DNA of 64,000 bases from Methanobacteriota archaeon (lineage in GTDB: Archaea; Thermoplasmatota; Poseidoniia; Poseidoniales; Poseidoniaceae). The translations under genes were made by a program, and so were the position numbers. The notes beneath the pieces are model-generated. The model had not been told where the DNA came from, did not search any database, and saw nothing but the letters and a program-made list of their open reading frames with translations. The stretch covers positions 33,074 to 97,073 of the forward strand of contig JABGTJ010000039.1 of assembly GCA_018691345.1 (NCBI GenBank). Direction: 5' to 3'. Of this stretch, positions 34,660 to 43,484 are shown one piece after another (position 1 is the first letter of the stretch; each line of letters opens with the position of its first letter).

Positions 34660-35148
34660 ATGGCTGTTGGACAACAAGGAGAATTCGTCGCAGTAGTGAA
34701 TGACACCGACCCGAAGAACGGCGGCAAGTCATATTCACTGAAAATTAGTGGAAACAATCACGCCCAATTATTGGGTAAGAAAATCGGCGATACCGTCGAC
34801 GGAATCTTCATCGGAGAAGGTGAACAAACTCTTTCCGGATACAAACTCCAAATCACCGGTGGATCCGACAAAACCGGAACGCCTCTTCGTCGAGATCTCG
34901 AAGGTGGCCGCCGACAAGCAATCTTAGTAACCCGTTCAACTGGTTTCAAGGGGCACAGCCTCGTTTTCAAGAACAAAGGTGGAGAAAAGAAGCGATTCCG
35001 CTACAAGCCTGACGGCCTACGCAAGCGACGTTTCTTCCGTGGCAACACCATCAGCCAAGACACCCGCCAAATCAATCTCAAGGTCATCGAAGCTGGTAAG
35101 AAATCACTCGGCGACATCCTCGCAAAGCCAGAGGAAGCATCGGAGTGA
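34660..35148 (+). CDS. rps6e: 30S ribosomal protein S6e
   Basis: DPKNG.SY, GKKIGD, LQITGGSDKTGTP, GLRKRR..RGN and QINLK motifs. Confidence 0.95.
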   Translation: MAVGQQGEFVAVVNDTDPKNGGKSYSLKISGNNHAQLLGKKIGDTVDGIFIGEGEQTLSGYKLQITGGSDKTGTPLRRDLEGGRRQAILVTRSTGFKGHSLVFKNKGGEKKRFRYKPDGLRKRRFFRGNTISQDTRQINLKVIEAGKKSLGDILAKPEEASE

Positions 35149-35186
35149 AACCCGAGAGGGCTTTCGTGGAACAGGAGTGAGGAAGC

Positions 35187-36425
35187 ATGGCACGAAAGCT
35201 TCCCGCACAACCTGAAATCAACATCGGTCTTGTCGGCCACGTCGACCACGGAAAAACCACCCTCACGCAAGCATTATCTGGCATTTGGACCGATACCCAC
35301 TCCGAAGAAAGAAAGCGCGGTATTTCGATTAAACTCGGTTACGCAGACACTGCCTTTTACAAAACGAAAGAAGGACAATACTACGCTACTGGCCGCCACC
35401 CTGAAGGCAAAGCAGATGACCCAAAGGAATTGGAACGGGTTATTTCCTTTGTCGACGCCCCTGGTCACGAGACACTGATGGCCATCATGATTACTGGCGC
35501 ATCGATTATGGATGGAGCAATGCTGATGGTTGCTGCAAACGAAACATGTCCGCAACCACAGACCCGTGAACATCTGATGGCGCTTGAAATCGCCGGCATT
35601 GAGAACATTGTTATCGTTCAAAACAAAATTGACCTGGTTACGAAAGAACGTGCATTGGAATCCTATGCGGAAGTCAAAGAATTTCTCAAAGGTACCATCG
35701 CAGAAAAGGCTCCGATCATCCCAGTTTCCGCTCACCACGATGTTAACTTGGATATCCTCATCGATGCCATCGAGAAGACCATTCCAACTCCTGACCGTTC
35801 TCAACACAAGCGTTCAATCATGCACGTTGCTCGCTCATTCGACATCAACAGACCCGGCACCCGCCCGACAAAACTCCGAGGCGGAGTCATCGGTGGAAGT
35901 ATCATCGAAGGAAACTTCGACATTGGCGATGAAATCATCATTGGACCCGGCCGTAAAATCGAAAACGGTTCGAAAACAGCATGGGAGCCAATCGAAGCGA
36001 CCGTCAAGAGCATGCAAGGCGGTGGATTGGACCTCGAAAGCATGCATTCTGGTGGTCTATGCGGTATGGCAACCATGCTGGACCCCTCAATTACAACTTC
36101 AGATAACCTCTCTGGGCAAGTTGTCGCACGCAAGGGAGACCTCCCCGAAGTTCGTAATTCAATTTCCATCGACATTCATCTGATGAAAACAATGGTCGCT
36201 GGAGAAGGCGAAGCCCCTGAGAAAATCTATCCACTTCGAAACAACGAGATGTTGATGATTAACGTTGCAACCGCAACATCTGTTGGCGTTACCAAAAATT
36301 CAGAAAAAGGCAAGGCTACCCTTGACTTGCGTCTACCAATATGTGCAGATACTGGGCAGCGAGTTTCGCTTTCCCGACGAGTTGGATCTCGCTGGCGTCT
36401 CATTGGATACGGAACAATTCTATGA
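35187..36425 (+). CDS. eif2g: Translation initiation factor aIF-2 gamma subunit
   Basis: QPEINIGLVGHVDHGKTT, RGISIKLGY, DAPGHE, QNKID, RSFDINRPG and RWRLIGYG motifs. Confidence 0.97.
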   Translation: MARKLPAQPEINIGLVGHVDHGKTTLTQALSGIWTDTHSEERKRGISIKLGYADTAFYKTKEGQYYATGRHPEGKADDPKELERVISFVDAPGHETLMAIMITGASIMDGAMLMVAANETCPQPQTREHLMALEIAGIENIVIVQNKIDLVTKERALESYAEVKEFLKGTIAEKAPIIPVSAHHDVNLDILIDAIEKTIPTPDRSQHKRSIMHVARSFDINRPGTRPTKLRGGVIGGSIIEGNFDIGDEIIIGPGRKIENGSKTAWEPIEATVKSMQGGGLDLESMHSGGLCGMATMLDPSITTSDNLSGQVVARKGDLPEVRNSISIDIHLMKTMVAGEGEAPEKIYPLRNNEMLMINVATATSVGVTKNSEKGKATLDLRLPICADTGQRVSLSRRVGSRWRLIGYGTIL

Positions 36426-36835
36426 GCGTGAGCCAGTTGAAGGTGGTAATCTCTCAACCCGTTTTGGTCGATGCTTGTGGATGGGCGGCTGTCATCGATT
36501 CTGGAATGAACATCGATACGGAAATGAACCGTGTATTTGGACCCGCACAACTTCGACTTCTTGAAAGTGTGAAGCAAGAAATCGAAAGACTCAATCAGGA
36601 ACGCCCTCGGAAAAAAAACCTACTCCTCCCTCTCTTGGAACAAAAATCTGAACCAATCGAGGCCTTAACCAGCGAGTCTGAACATGCAGATGACCAGTTG
36701 TTCGAATTGGCATCGGAACTGAAAGTACCAGTTCTCACTGTTGATGTAGACTTGAAGCGAAGACTCTACAAAGCAGATTTACCAATTCTGGAAGTGAGTA
36801 AAAACCAACGCCTCCAACTGGTTGAATCTCTATAG
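36422..36835 (+). CDS. PIN-domain protein (Fcf1/Utp24-like)
   Basis: VLVDA, E, ADD and LTVD..LKRR motifs; ATGA overlap with eif2g; common archaeal gene order rpS6e-eIF2g-PIN. Confidence 0.75.
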   Translation: MSVSQLKVVISQPVLVDACGWAAVIDSGMNIDTEMNRVFGPAQLRLLESVKQEIERLNQERPRKKNLLLPLLEQKSEPIEALTSESEHADDQLFELASELKVPVLTVDVDLKRRLYKADLPILEVSKNQRLQLVESL

Positions 36836-36855
36836 AACAATGCCTTAAACTTGAT

Positions 36856-37155
36856 TCACGGTAAAGTGAACAGAACATCATCTCCATGTCCATCGAGAAG
36901 ACCAATCTTGACACCTGCGTCAATCCATGCATGAGCGTAGTTAATTGCTCCAAAAGCCCGAACATGATCACCAATCGATAAAAAATGCGCCGCATCTGAA
37001 GCATAATCATCCGCCATCCGCATCATAACGGCTAACTTCTGAGCATCTGCACTTCCTTGCTCACAAAGGGAAGTCGCCTTTGCTCGTGCTCTCTTGGTAA
37101 TGTCGAGATACTTCTCAACGCGCTCTGTAGTGACTGTTTTCATGTCTTCACTCAT
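36856..37155 (-). CDS. DUF357-family protein
   Basis: MA.DY..DA.HF...GD.V.AFGAINYAHAWIDAG...G, the archaeal DUF357 pattern. Confidence 0.85.
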   Translation of the reverse strand: MSEDMKTVTTERVEKYLDITKRARAKATSLCEQGSADAQKLAVMMRMADDYASDAAHFLSIGDHVRAFGAINYAHAWIDAGVKIGLLDGHGDDVLFTLP

Positions 37156-38201
37156 TCTCCACCCTCCTTTTGGCGTTTCAAAAGTCGTCGTACGTCCTCA
37201 GTACGCCCAAGGGCTCCATAGAGTTCAACCGCTCGCGAAAGTCGCCCTTCATCTTCGGCTGTTTGTGCACGCAAGAACAACGCCTTACGTTCTTCCCAAT
37301 TCTTTGCTAATGCTGCTTCGGCAGCCGCTTGATAACGGCCTTGCCGTTCAGCTTGTGCAAGATGAGGAGCCGTCCACCGTCGAACCAACCCGGTCCGTGT
37401 TGCAGTCACCATCGTATCCGGAGTAAGACCGATTAGTAGGTCGCCGAGATCCATTGATTCACCAAGCAGCGAAAGAGCTTCGTTGTCTTCGTGTGCTGAC
37501 AGGTGATGAAGATGCCCTTCAATGCCGAGTACCCACCAGCCATCCGCACTTCGAACTCCTTCCATAGGCTCCAGTGATTCGTATTCAATTCGTTCCAGTG
37601 CATCCCATCCAAACGGATGAGGTACTCCTTCCCAAATGCCACCGTCGCTTGATTGCATCAACAACCGACCGCTCATGAGTGGAGTAACCCAACTCCATAC
37701 TCGATCTTCGAGAACTCTTTTCTGATCGCTTTGAGCTAGGCGAGCGCACCAAAGTTTGCCTTCTGCGTCTTGCCACATCATGTGTTCACGGTCAAGCCAG
37801 CCGAGCAAACGACGAACTTTACCGCTATCGAGCCTACGAAGGCCTGTTCCTTCGTGTGTAAACAAATGCAGGTGCCCTTCACGCCCAGACAGGATCCAAC
37901 CGCCTCCAGGACGTGCTAGAAGTTCAGCAAACCCACCTGGAGTCGAACGGCCTTCATGGAGCAAAGAACCATCCGATGTCGAAAGAACATAGAATCCATG
38001 CGCTGCTAAGATTCCAAGAACGCCATTGTTGGCTTGAGCACAATGGGCTTTGAACGGCAATTCTACCTTCCATCGGACCGAACCATCGGCTTCTATCATG
38101 AACAAATCCAATCCACTGCTGACCACCATGCCACCTTCAACTGGAGCGAGGGCTGCAATGCGTTGAGGTGCTTGCCAGGACCATGTGATCGACCACGACA
38201 T
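37152..38201 (-). CDS. Hypothetical protein, probable beta-propeller with C-terminal TPR-like helices
   Basis: Trp/Gly-rich repeats (DGSVRW, EGHLHLF, EGKLW, DGGIW); helical tail AEDEGRLSRAVELY. Confidence 0.6.
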   Translation of the reverse strand: MSWSITWSWQAPQRIAALAPVEGGMVVSSGLDLFMIEADGSVRWKVELPFKAHCAQANNGVLGILAAHGFYVLSTSDGSLLHEGRSTPGGFAELLARPGGGWILSGREGHLHLFTHEGTGLRRLDSGKVRRLLGWLDREHMMWQDAEGKLWCARLAQSDQKRVLEDRVWSWVTPLMSGRLLMQSSDGGIWEGVPHPFGWDALERIEYESLEPMEGVRSADGWWVLGIEGHLHHLSAHEDNEALSLLGESMDLGDLLIGLTPDTMVTATRTGLVRRWTAPHLAQAERQGRYQAAAEAALAKNWEERKALFLRAQTAEDEGRLSRAVELYGALGRTEDVRRLLKRQKEGGE

Positions 38202-40096
38202 CAGACATCACCTCCGAGTACCTTCCAAGCAATCAATTGGGCCCGAGCAGCCTGCGTCAATTCGTAGTATCTGTTTCGACCAATGGTTCGAACGCTCAAT
38301 ATGCCGCCTTTGAGAAGACGATTGCTAATTTGAGAGAGACGAGCCCGCTTGATGCTTAATTGCGTTCGTATTTCTTCATCAGACGGTGAATAACGGCGGT
38401 CATTGGCAATTGAAATAACGACCATCTCATGGCTGGTGAGCGTCGACAAAAGAGAGGTGTCCAATGCATAGTCTTGCTTTTTCCCTGTTGGTTTGCGCTG
38501 TAAAGCTTCCAAGGCTTCAACCAATTTCCGTCGATTTACTACAGTTTCGGGTCCGTTCGAAGGCTGGAGAGCAAGTTGCAATGCCTTCATGACAGGAACC
38601 ATTCCTGCAAGTTCACTCAACAATCCATTTGGGGCCTGAAGAGGTTGTTCAGATGGTTCGACATACGCCGGTGCAGACTCAAATAACTCGTCGATTGGCG
38701 GATGTTCCAAATCTTCGTGTTCAAAGAAGCCGACTTCATCGTGAAGCAGGAAAGCAGAATCGTCCTCAGAAATCACTTCCTCCATAGGCTCTGGAGGCCT
38801 GAGTGAAGGGTCTTCCCACAGTTCGGCACCCTCGGCCGAATCAACCAATTCTTCCGCTGGAGCCGCAGCATCGGAAATTTCAGCATACGATTGGTCGGTA
38901 AAGGCACGGTTTCGAGCGAATAAACCCGTCATACCTTTGGTTGCGATGGGGTCAAGTGGAGGCCTCTGCATCGGTTCAGGTTTTGCTTTCGGCGGTGTTG
39001 CTGGGTGACCGTCACGGTAATTATCAACAGCTTCCAAATCCTTCAATGCTTCCTGATTTTCTTGATCTTCGGTGAGCTGGGCGAGATTCAAATCAAAAAT
39101 ATTGTTCACATCTTCGAGACTCTCCATGATTTTGGCATCTTGAACCTCCTCCAACGTCTGGAACGAAGATTCTTCATTTGACTCGTCTAATGGTTCCGGA
39201 AATGATTCTTCTTCAGCAACAAACATAGATTCGAAGGTAGAATGAATTTGTGGCTCAACTGGCGGCGGAGTAAACTGAGGTTCTGAAACCGGTGTTTTTT
39301 GGTCATATTTCGGCTCTACGTAGGTGAATTGGGACATTTTAGCACTGTCAATAGCATCACGCATGACCCGAATCACTTCAGCAGGAAGTCCACCGGTCTG
39401 TTCCAGCAAATGTTCTGCGTCTTCAATCGCAAATGAAAACGATTGACTGGTGGACTTTTCAATACGCTTCTCAACAAGCAATTGAATTTCTTCCGCCGTC
39501 AAGTTAGGCAACGGGTTCATTTGTTCGAGCCGTTGCAGAATAGATGCGGGTAGCATGTTCTTATCTTTCGTTTCCAAGACCACAACGATAACTGCTTGAA
39601 GTCGCTCCAGGAGCGGAAGCGTATCTCGCAAGGCGACGTTTAGAGCAGAAATATCAACGGTGGATGCGTCGAGCACAATCAAAGGTAACGACCCGGAGAA
39701 GTCCTGCGTTGCAGCCAAAATTTGGCCGATGAGCTCATTTCGGTTCTCTGGAGGATTCGTATGTACAAAATGAGTGTACATTTCTTTCAACAAATTCAGA
39801 CCTGCTTGAGAATGGGAAATATGGTCTATGTAAATCGAAAGCGGAGCCGTTTTCGAGGCACAGCGAAGCAAGGAGGTTCGCCCCGAACCGTGTTCCCCCA
39901 TCAACAAAATACGACGAGGTGAGCGGAATTTCATGTACTGTGAGAGGATTGTCAACATGTGGTTACGCCCGACAAGAAGGTTTGAGTCGCTCGCTTCCAA
40001 AGGTAAAGTCGAGAATGGATTGGCGTCCATAGGGGGGAGTGCCATTTCTTTGCCAACAATTCGCATGAAGGAGCCAACCCTCTTTGGGTATTTCAT
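38201..40096 (-). CDS. AAA+/P-loop-like protein (degenerate Walker motifs) with acidic linker and C-terminal winged helix
   Basis: NPF, LVGR, GEHGSGRTS, LIVLDAS and TGGLP motifs; C-terminal IKRARLSQISNRLLKGGIL...GRNRYY.LT. Start may be MALPP (about 40045). Confidence 0.7.
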   Translation of the reverse strand: MKYPKRVGSFMRIVGKEMALPPMDANPFSTLPLEASDSNLLVGRNHMLTILSQYMKFRSPRRILLMGEHGSGRTSLLRCASKTAPLSIYIDHISHSQAGLNLLKEMYTHFVHTNPPENRNELIGQILAATQDFSGSLPLIVLDASTVDISALNVALRDTLPLLERLQAVIVVVLETKDKNMLPASILQRLEQMNPLPNLTAEEIQLLVEKRIEKSTSQSFSFAIEDAEHLLEQTGGLPAEVIRVMRDAIDSAKMSQFTYVEPKYDQKTPVSEPQFTPPPVEPQIHSTFESMFVAEEESFPEPLDESNEESSFQTLEEVQDAKIMESLEDVNNIFDLNLAQLTEDQENQEALKDLEAVDNYRDGHPATPPKAKPEPMQRPPLDPIATKGMTGLFARNRAFTDQSYAEISDAAAPAEELVDSAEGAELWEDPSLRPPEPMEEVISEDDSAFLLHDEVGFFEHEDLEHPPIDELFESAPAYVEPSEQPLQAPNGLLSELAGMVPVMKALQLALQPSNGPETVVNRRKLVEALEALQRKPTGKKQDYALDTSLLSTLTSHEMVVISIANDRRYSPSDEEIRTQLSIKRARLSQISNRLLKGGILSVRTIGRNRYYELTQAARAQLIAWKVLGGDV

Positions 40097-40126
40097 GTTT
40101 GAGCCTCACAAGGGGTGCATCAGACC

Positions 40127-40239
40127 TGTTAGGATGCGTTAACAGTGTGGCCGATTACGCTCAAGGGAGTGGATTAACAGATTGGTAACGCCTTGTTAAC
40201 GCGTTAATTGACCCGTTAAAACCGTTAATGGAGAGTAAT
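40127..40239. repeat. Phased array of short (G/A)TTAA(C/T)-like motifs, including the palindrome TTAACGCGTTAA
   Basis: GTTAAC 40138, ATTAAC 40173, GGTAAC 40184, GTTAAC 40195, GTTAAT 40203, GTTAAA 40215, GTTAAT 40224, AGTAAT 40234. Confidence 0.5.
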
Positions 40240-40340
40240 GTTCGTGCCGGAATCGAAGGAAGAGAAAACCAACGGTTGAACCGAGTCTTGCCGATTGCTT
40301 GATGGGGTAAGGGCCCGTGGAGAGAACTGGTCGTGACCAT

Positions 40341-41639
40341 ATGGCAGTTGAGAACAGTCGTTTGAGTGGTTTTTTCAGACACAGCGTCGCTGAACGTCGG
40401 GCAATCGTCGCCAAAATGGCGAACCTCACACAGGAACAAACCGATGCACTGGAAGCCTGCGGCGCACTCAGTGAAGATTCTGCTGACCGCATGATTGAGA
40501 ACGTTATTGGCACCATGTCGCTACCGGTTGGCATTGCAACAAACTTCGTCATTGACGGAAAGCATTACCTCATTCCCTTCTGCCTCGAAGAATCCAGTGT
40601 TGTCGCTGCAGCATCGAACATGGCGAAACGTTGTTTGAAAAACGGTGGATTCAGCACCAATTCCGATGCACCAATGATGATTGCACAACTCCAAGTCTTG
40701 GATTGCCAAGATTGGAGAAAGGCTGAGCAAGACATCTTGACAGCCTCAGATGAACTCATGGCGTTGTGCAACAGCCTCCCATCAACGATGATACGACTTG
40801 GAGGTGGTTGCAAGCGCATTGAAACACGACTCTTAGACACGATCAGCGGGCCGATGCTGATTGCACATATCATTGTGGATTGCAGAGACGCAATGGGCGC
40901 TAATGCAGTGAATACCATGGCTGAACTAATCGCTCCTCGTATCGAGCAAATCACTGGTGGACGAGTTCACCTGCGCATTCTTTCGAACCTCGCAGCACAC
41001 CGATTAGCACGCGTTCAAGCCGTATTCACTCCAGAAGAGATCTCAGAAGATGGAACGCATGAGAATGGCGTCACTGTAATCGAAGGCATCCTCGAGGCCC
41101 AGCACTTCGCCATGGCCGACCCTTTTCGGGCTGCAACCCACAACAAAGGCGTCATGAACGCAATCAGCAGTGTTGGCGTGGCATGCGGTCAAGACTGGCG
41201 AGCGATCGAGGCTGGTTGCCATGCTTGGGCAGCATACAGCAACGGAACATACGGTTCGATGACCTCATGGAATAAAGACGTCAATGGAAACCTGGTTGGC
41301 ACCATTGAGACACCAATGGCTGTAGGTATCGTTGGAGGAGCCTCTAAGGTACATCCTGTAGCACAAGCAAACCTCGCCATACTTGGAGTCGAATCGGCCC
41401 AGGAATTGGCTGGAATCATCGCTGCTGCGGGTTTATCGCAAAACCTTGGAGCTTTGAGAGCATTGTCAACCAAAGGCATTCAAGCAGGTCACATGAAGTT
41501 ACATGCACGGAACATGGCTGTATCTGCCGGTGCCGTGGGCGACGAAATCGAAATTGTCGCTGCACGACTTCAAGAAGCAACGGGGCCCAAGACACAAACA
41601 CTTGTCGGGGAATTGCTTGAAACATTGCGAAACGAGTGA
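40341..41639 (+). CDS. mvaA: Class II hydroxymethylglutaryl-CoA reductase
   Basis: SRLSGF, ENVIG, EESSVVAAAS, DAMGANAVNT, ILSNL, ATHNKG and GIQAGHMKLH motifs. Start taken at MAVENS. Confidence 0.93.
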   Translation: MAVENSRLSGFFRHSVAERRAIVAKMANLTQEQTDALEACGALSEDSADRMIENVIGTMSLPVGIATNFVIDGKHYLIPFCLEESSVVAAASNMAKRCLKNGGFSTNSDAPMMIAQLQVLDCQDWRKAEQDILTASDELMALCNSLPSTMIRLGGGCKRIETRLLDTISGPMLIAHIIVDCRDAMGANAVNTMAELIAPRIEQITGGRVHLRILSNLAAHRLARVQAVFTPEEISEDGTHENGVTVIEGILEAQHFAMADPFRAATHNKGVMNAISSVGVACGQDWRAIEAGCHAWAAYSNGTYGSMTSWNKDVNGNLVGTIETPMAVGIVGGASKVHPVAQANLAILGVESAQELAGIIAAAGLSQNLGALRALSTKGIQAGHMKLHARNMAVSAGAVGDEIEIVAARLQEATGPKTQTLVGELLETLRNE

Positions 41640-41640
41640 T

Positions 41641-42264
41641 TCACTCTTCTTCTCCAAGCGGAAGAGTGGATTGAATGAGCCCGTCCATCTCTGACTCTTC
41701 CTTCAACACTGCAGCATCTTCCATTCCATCGAACATACCCGTTGTCTTCACTTGCTCTCTGAACCATTGCTTGACCTTCTTTCGGTCGGTGTAAGGGCAA
41801 CCAAATGTTTCCGAGAAACGACGGGTTGTTGAAAGTCGGCGAGTATTGCCATCTTTACGACGGTCAACCATACCCAATTGGGCGAGTTCGCGAACATAAT
41901 CGTAGGCTTTCTGGCCGAGTAGTTCAACCAGTCGTGATTGGGGTATTGGCTGATGGTAAGCGATGAGTGCTGCTGCTTTCAGCAATTTTTGTGGAATTTC
42001 AGTTTTGGTTTCTTTCGGCAAATGACTCGCAATATCGGGCTTAACTTCAATGGCCCATCGGTTTCCAACCTCTGCAACCTGTAAGGCACCTCCACGGCGT
42101 CGCTTCAATGTTGAACGAAGCGAATAGAGTGAATCAAGCATCTCATCTTCATCGTAACCGAGAGCCGTGGATAATTCAGATACGCTCATCGACCGACCTG
42201 CACCAAAAAGTGTGGCTTCGAGCAAAGTATCAATCGGCACTTCTGTCATTTCCTTCACCTTCAT
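41641..42264 (-). CDS. scpB: Segregation and condensation protein B
   Basis: LEATLF, ALIAYHQPI and TTRRFSETFG motifs; downstream of scpA and smc. Confidence 0.9.
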   Translation of the reverse strand: MKVKEMTEVPIDTLLEATLFGAGRSMSVSELSTALGYDEDEMLDSLYSLRSTLKRRRGGALQVAEVGNRWAIEVKPDIASHLPKETKTEIPQKLLKAAALIAYHQPIPQSRLVELLGQKAYDYVRELAQLGMVDRRKDGNTRRLSTTRRFSETFGCPYTDRKKVKQWFREQVKTTGMFDGMEDAAVLKEESEMDGLIQSTLPLGEEE

Positions 42265-43475
42265 TCAACCAACCATTCATGGTCATTGTACGACTGTTCT
42301 TCAACTCCAATCGGCTCATTCATCTCGACGGCTGTTTGTTCTTTTTGTTGCTTAGCCAGTGCTCTTTCTTGCTCACGAGCTGATTCTTCTTCGGCCAAAC
42401 GTGCTTTTTCTGCCCGTAACTTCGCATGCCGAACTGAACCAGTGTCTTGCTCCTGAATGCGTTGGTTTTCAGCGTTTTGTTGGTCTTCAATCAATTGACT
42501 GATTTCCTCAAAAGTATCGATTTGAGGCCATGCATCTTCCAAGTAAATGACGCCATCTGGAACGCTGTCTTGGGTGATCGAAGCAAAACCGCGATGAGTG
42601 AGGAAAAGACCTGCGATAAATGAAGCGACTTTGGCTTCATCATCGTAGCCCTCTGGAACAGAACCAAACGTTTGTTCGAGAATTGGTTTCAGCGATTCCA
42701 TCACCACCAGAACTGGAACTTTCGCAGATTCGGATGTTAGACAAGAAGCTCTCAATGCTTGCCAGCAGCGTTTGATATCGCCCTCAAGGTCTTCGTTGTG
42801 CATACGCCCACCGACATCCGAGAGGTACTCCTTCAATTCCGCCTCATGAGCAAGTCTGTTTTCCTCTCGCAAACGAAGTGATTCGGCATCATCAGAAGCA
42901 TCCTTGAACGCTGAAAGTAGTTCGACCAAAGTAACTGGGCGCCCTTCATCACGTCGAACCCTGTTTTCCAATAACTCAGGGAGGAACTCGTCCGCAGTAC
43001 CCTGAAGAACGGAATTGGTGAAAAAGAAATCCTCGTCGTTGTAATCTGCTTCCCATCCAAAGCCCAGCCCGTCATCCCAGTCGTCTTCAGCCTCGTTGTA
43101 TTGTACTCGCTCAAACAAATCTTCAGCTTGGTGGTGAAGAACTTCCCAAGACATGCGTATGAGGCGGCCACAGGCAGGAAGGTCAAGAGTGGCTGCGTCG
43201 GATTTTACACGGTTTGTGAACACTTTGAGGAAACTCGACAAGTCGATGTTCCAGGCATCGAGTCCTTCGTCCCGAACCAAAGAAAGTACGAGAGCGACGG
43301 AGCGGTCAAACGGATCAACAAGCGTTTGGTGTTCTGCTTCTTCACGCTCAGCAATCGCCATAATTTTGTCTCCAAAAAGAGCCGCTTCTTGCGATTCCTC
43401 ACCTGAAGCGAGCAATTGGTCAATAACGTCCTGACGCAGGAACCATTTGTCCAATCCAGATTGTTGCTCACTCAT
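42261..43475 (-). CDS. scpA: Kleisin ScpA
   Basis: LDAWNIDL, RPVTLVELL and FIAGLFL motifs; located between smc and scpB. Confidence 0.8.
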   Translation of the reverse strand: MSEQQSGLDKWFLRQDVIDQLLASGEESQEAALFGDKIMAIAEREEAEHQTLVDPFDRSVALVLSLVRDEGLDAWNIDLSSFLKVFTNRVKSDAATLDLPACGRLIRMSWEVLHHQAEDLFERVQYNEAEDDWDDGLGFGWEADYNDEDFFFTNSVLQGTADEFLPELLENRVRRDEGRPVTLVELLSAFKDASDDAESLRLREENRLAHEAELKEYLSDVGGRMHNEDLEGDIKRCWQALRASCLTSESAKVPVLVVMESLKPILEQTFGSVPEGYDDEAKVASFIAGLFLTHRGFASITQDSVPDGVIYLEDAWPQIDTFEEISQLIEDQQNAENQRIQEQDTGSVRHAKLRAEKARLAEEESAREQERALAKQQKEQTAVEMNEPIGVEEQSYNDHEWLVE

Positions 43476-43484
43476 TCGCTCACC

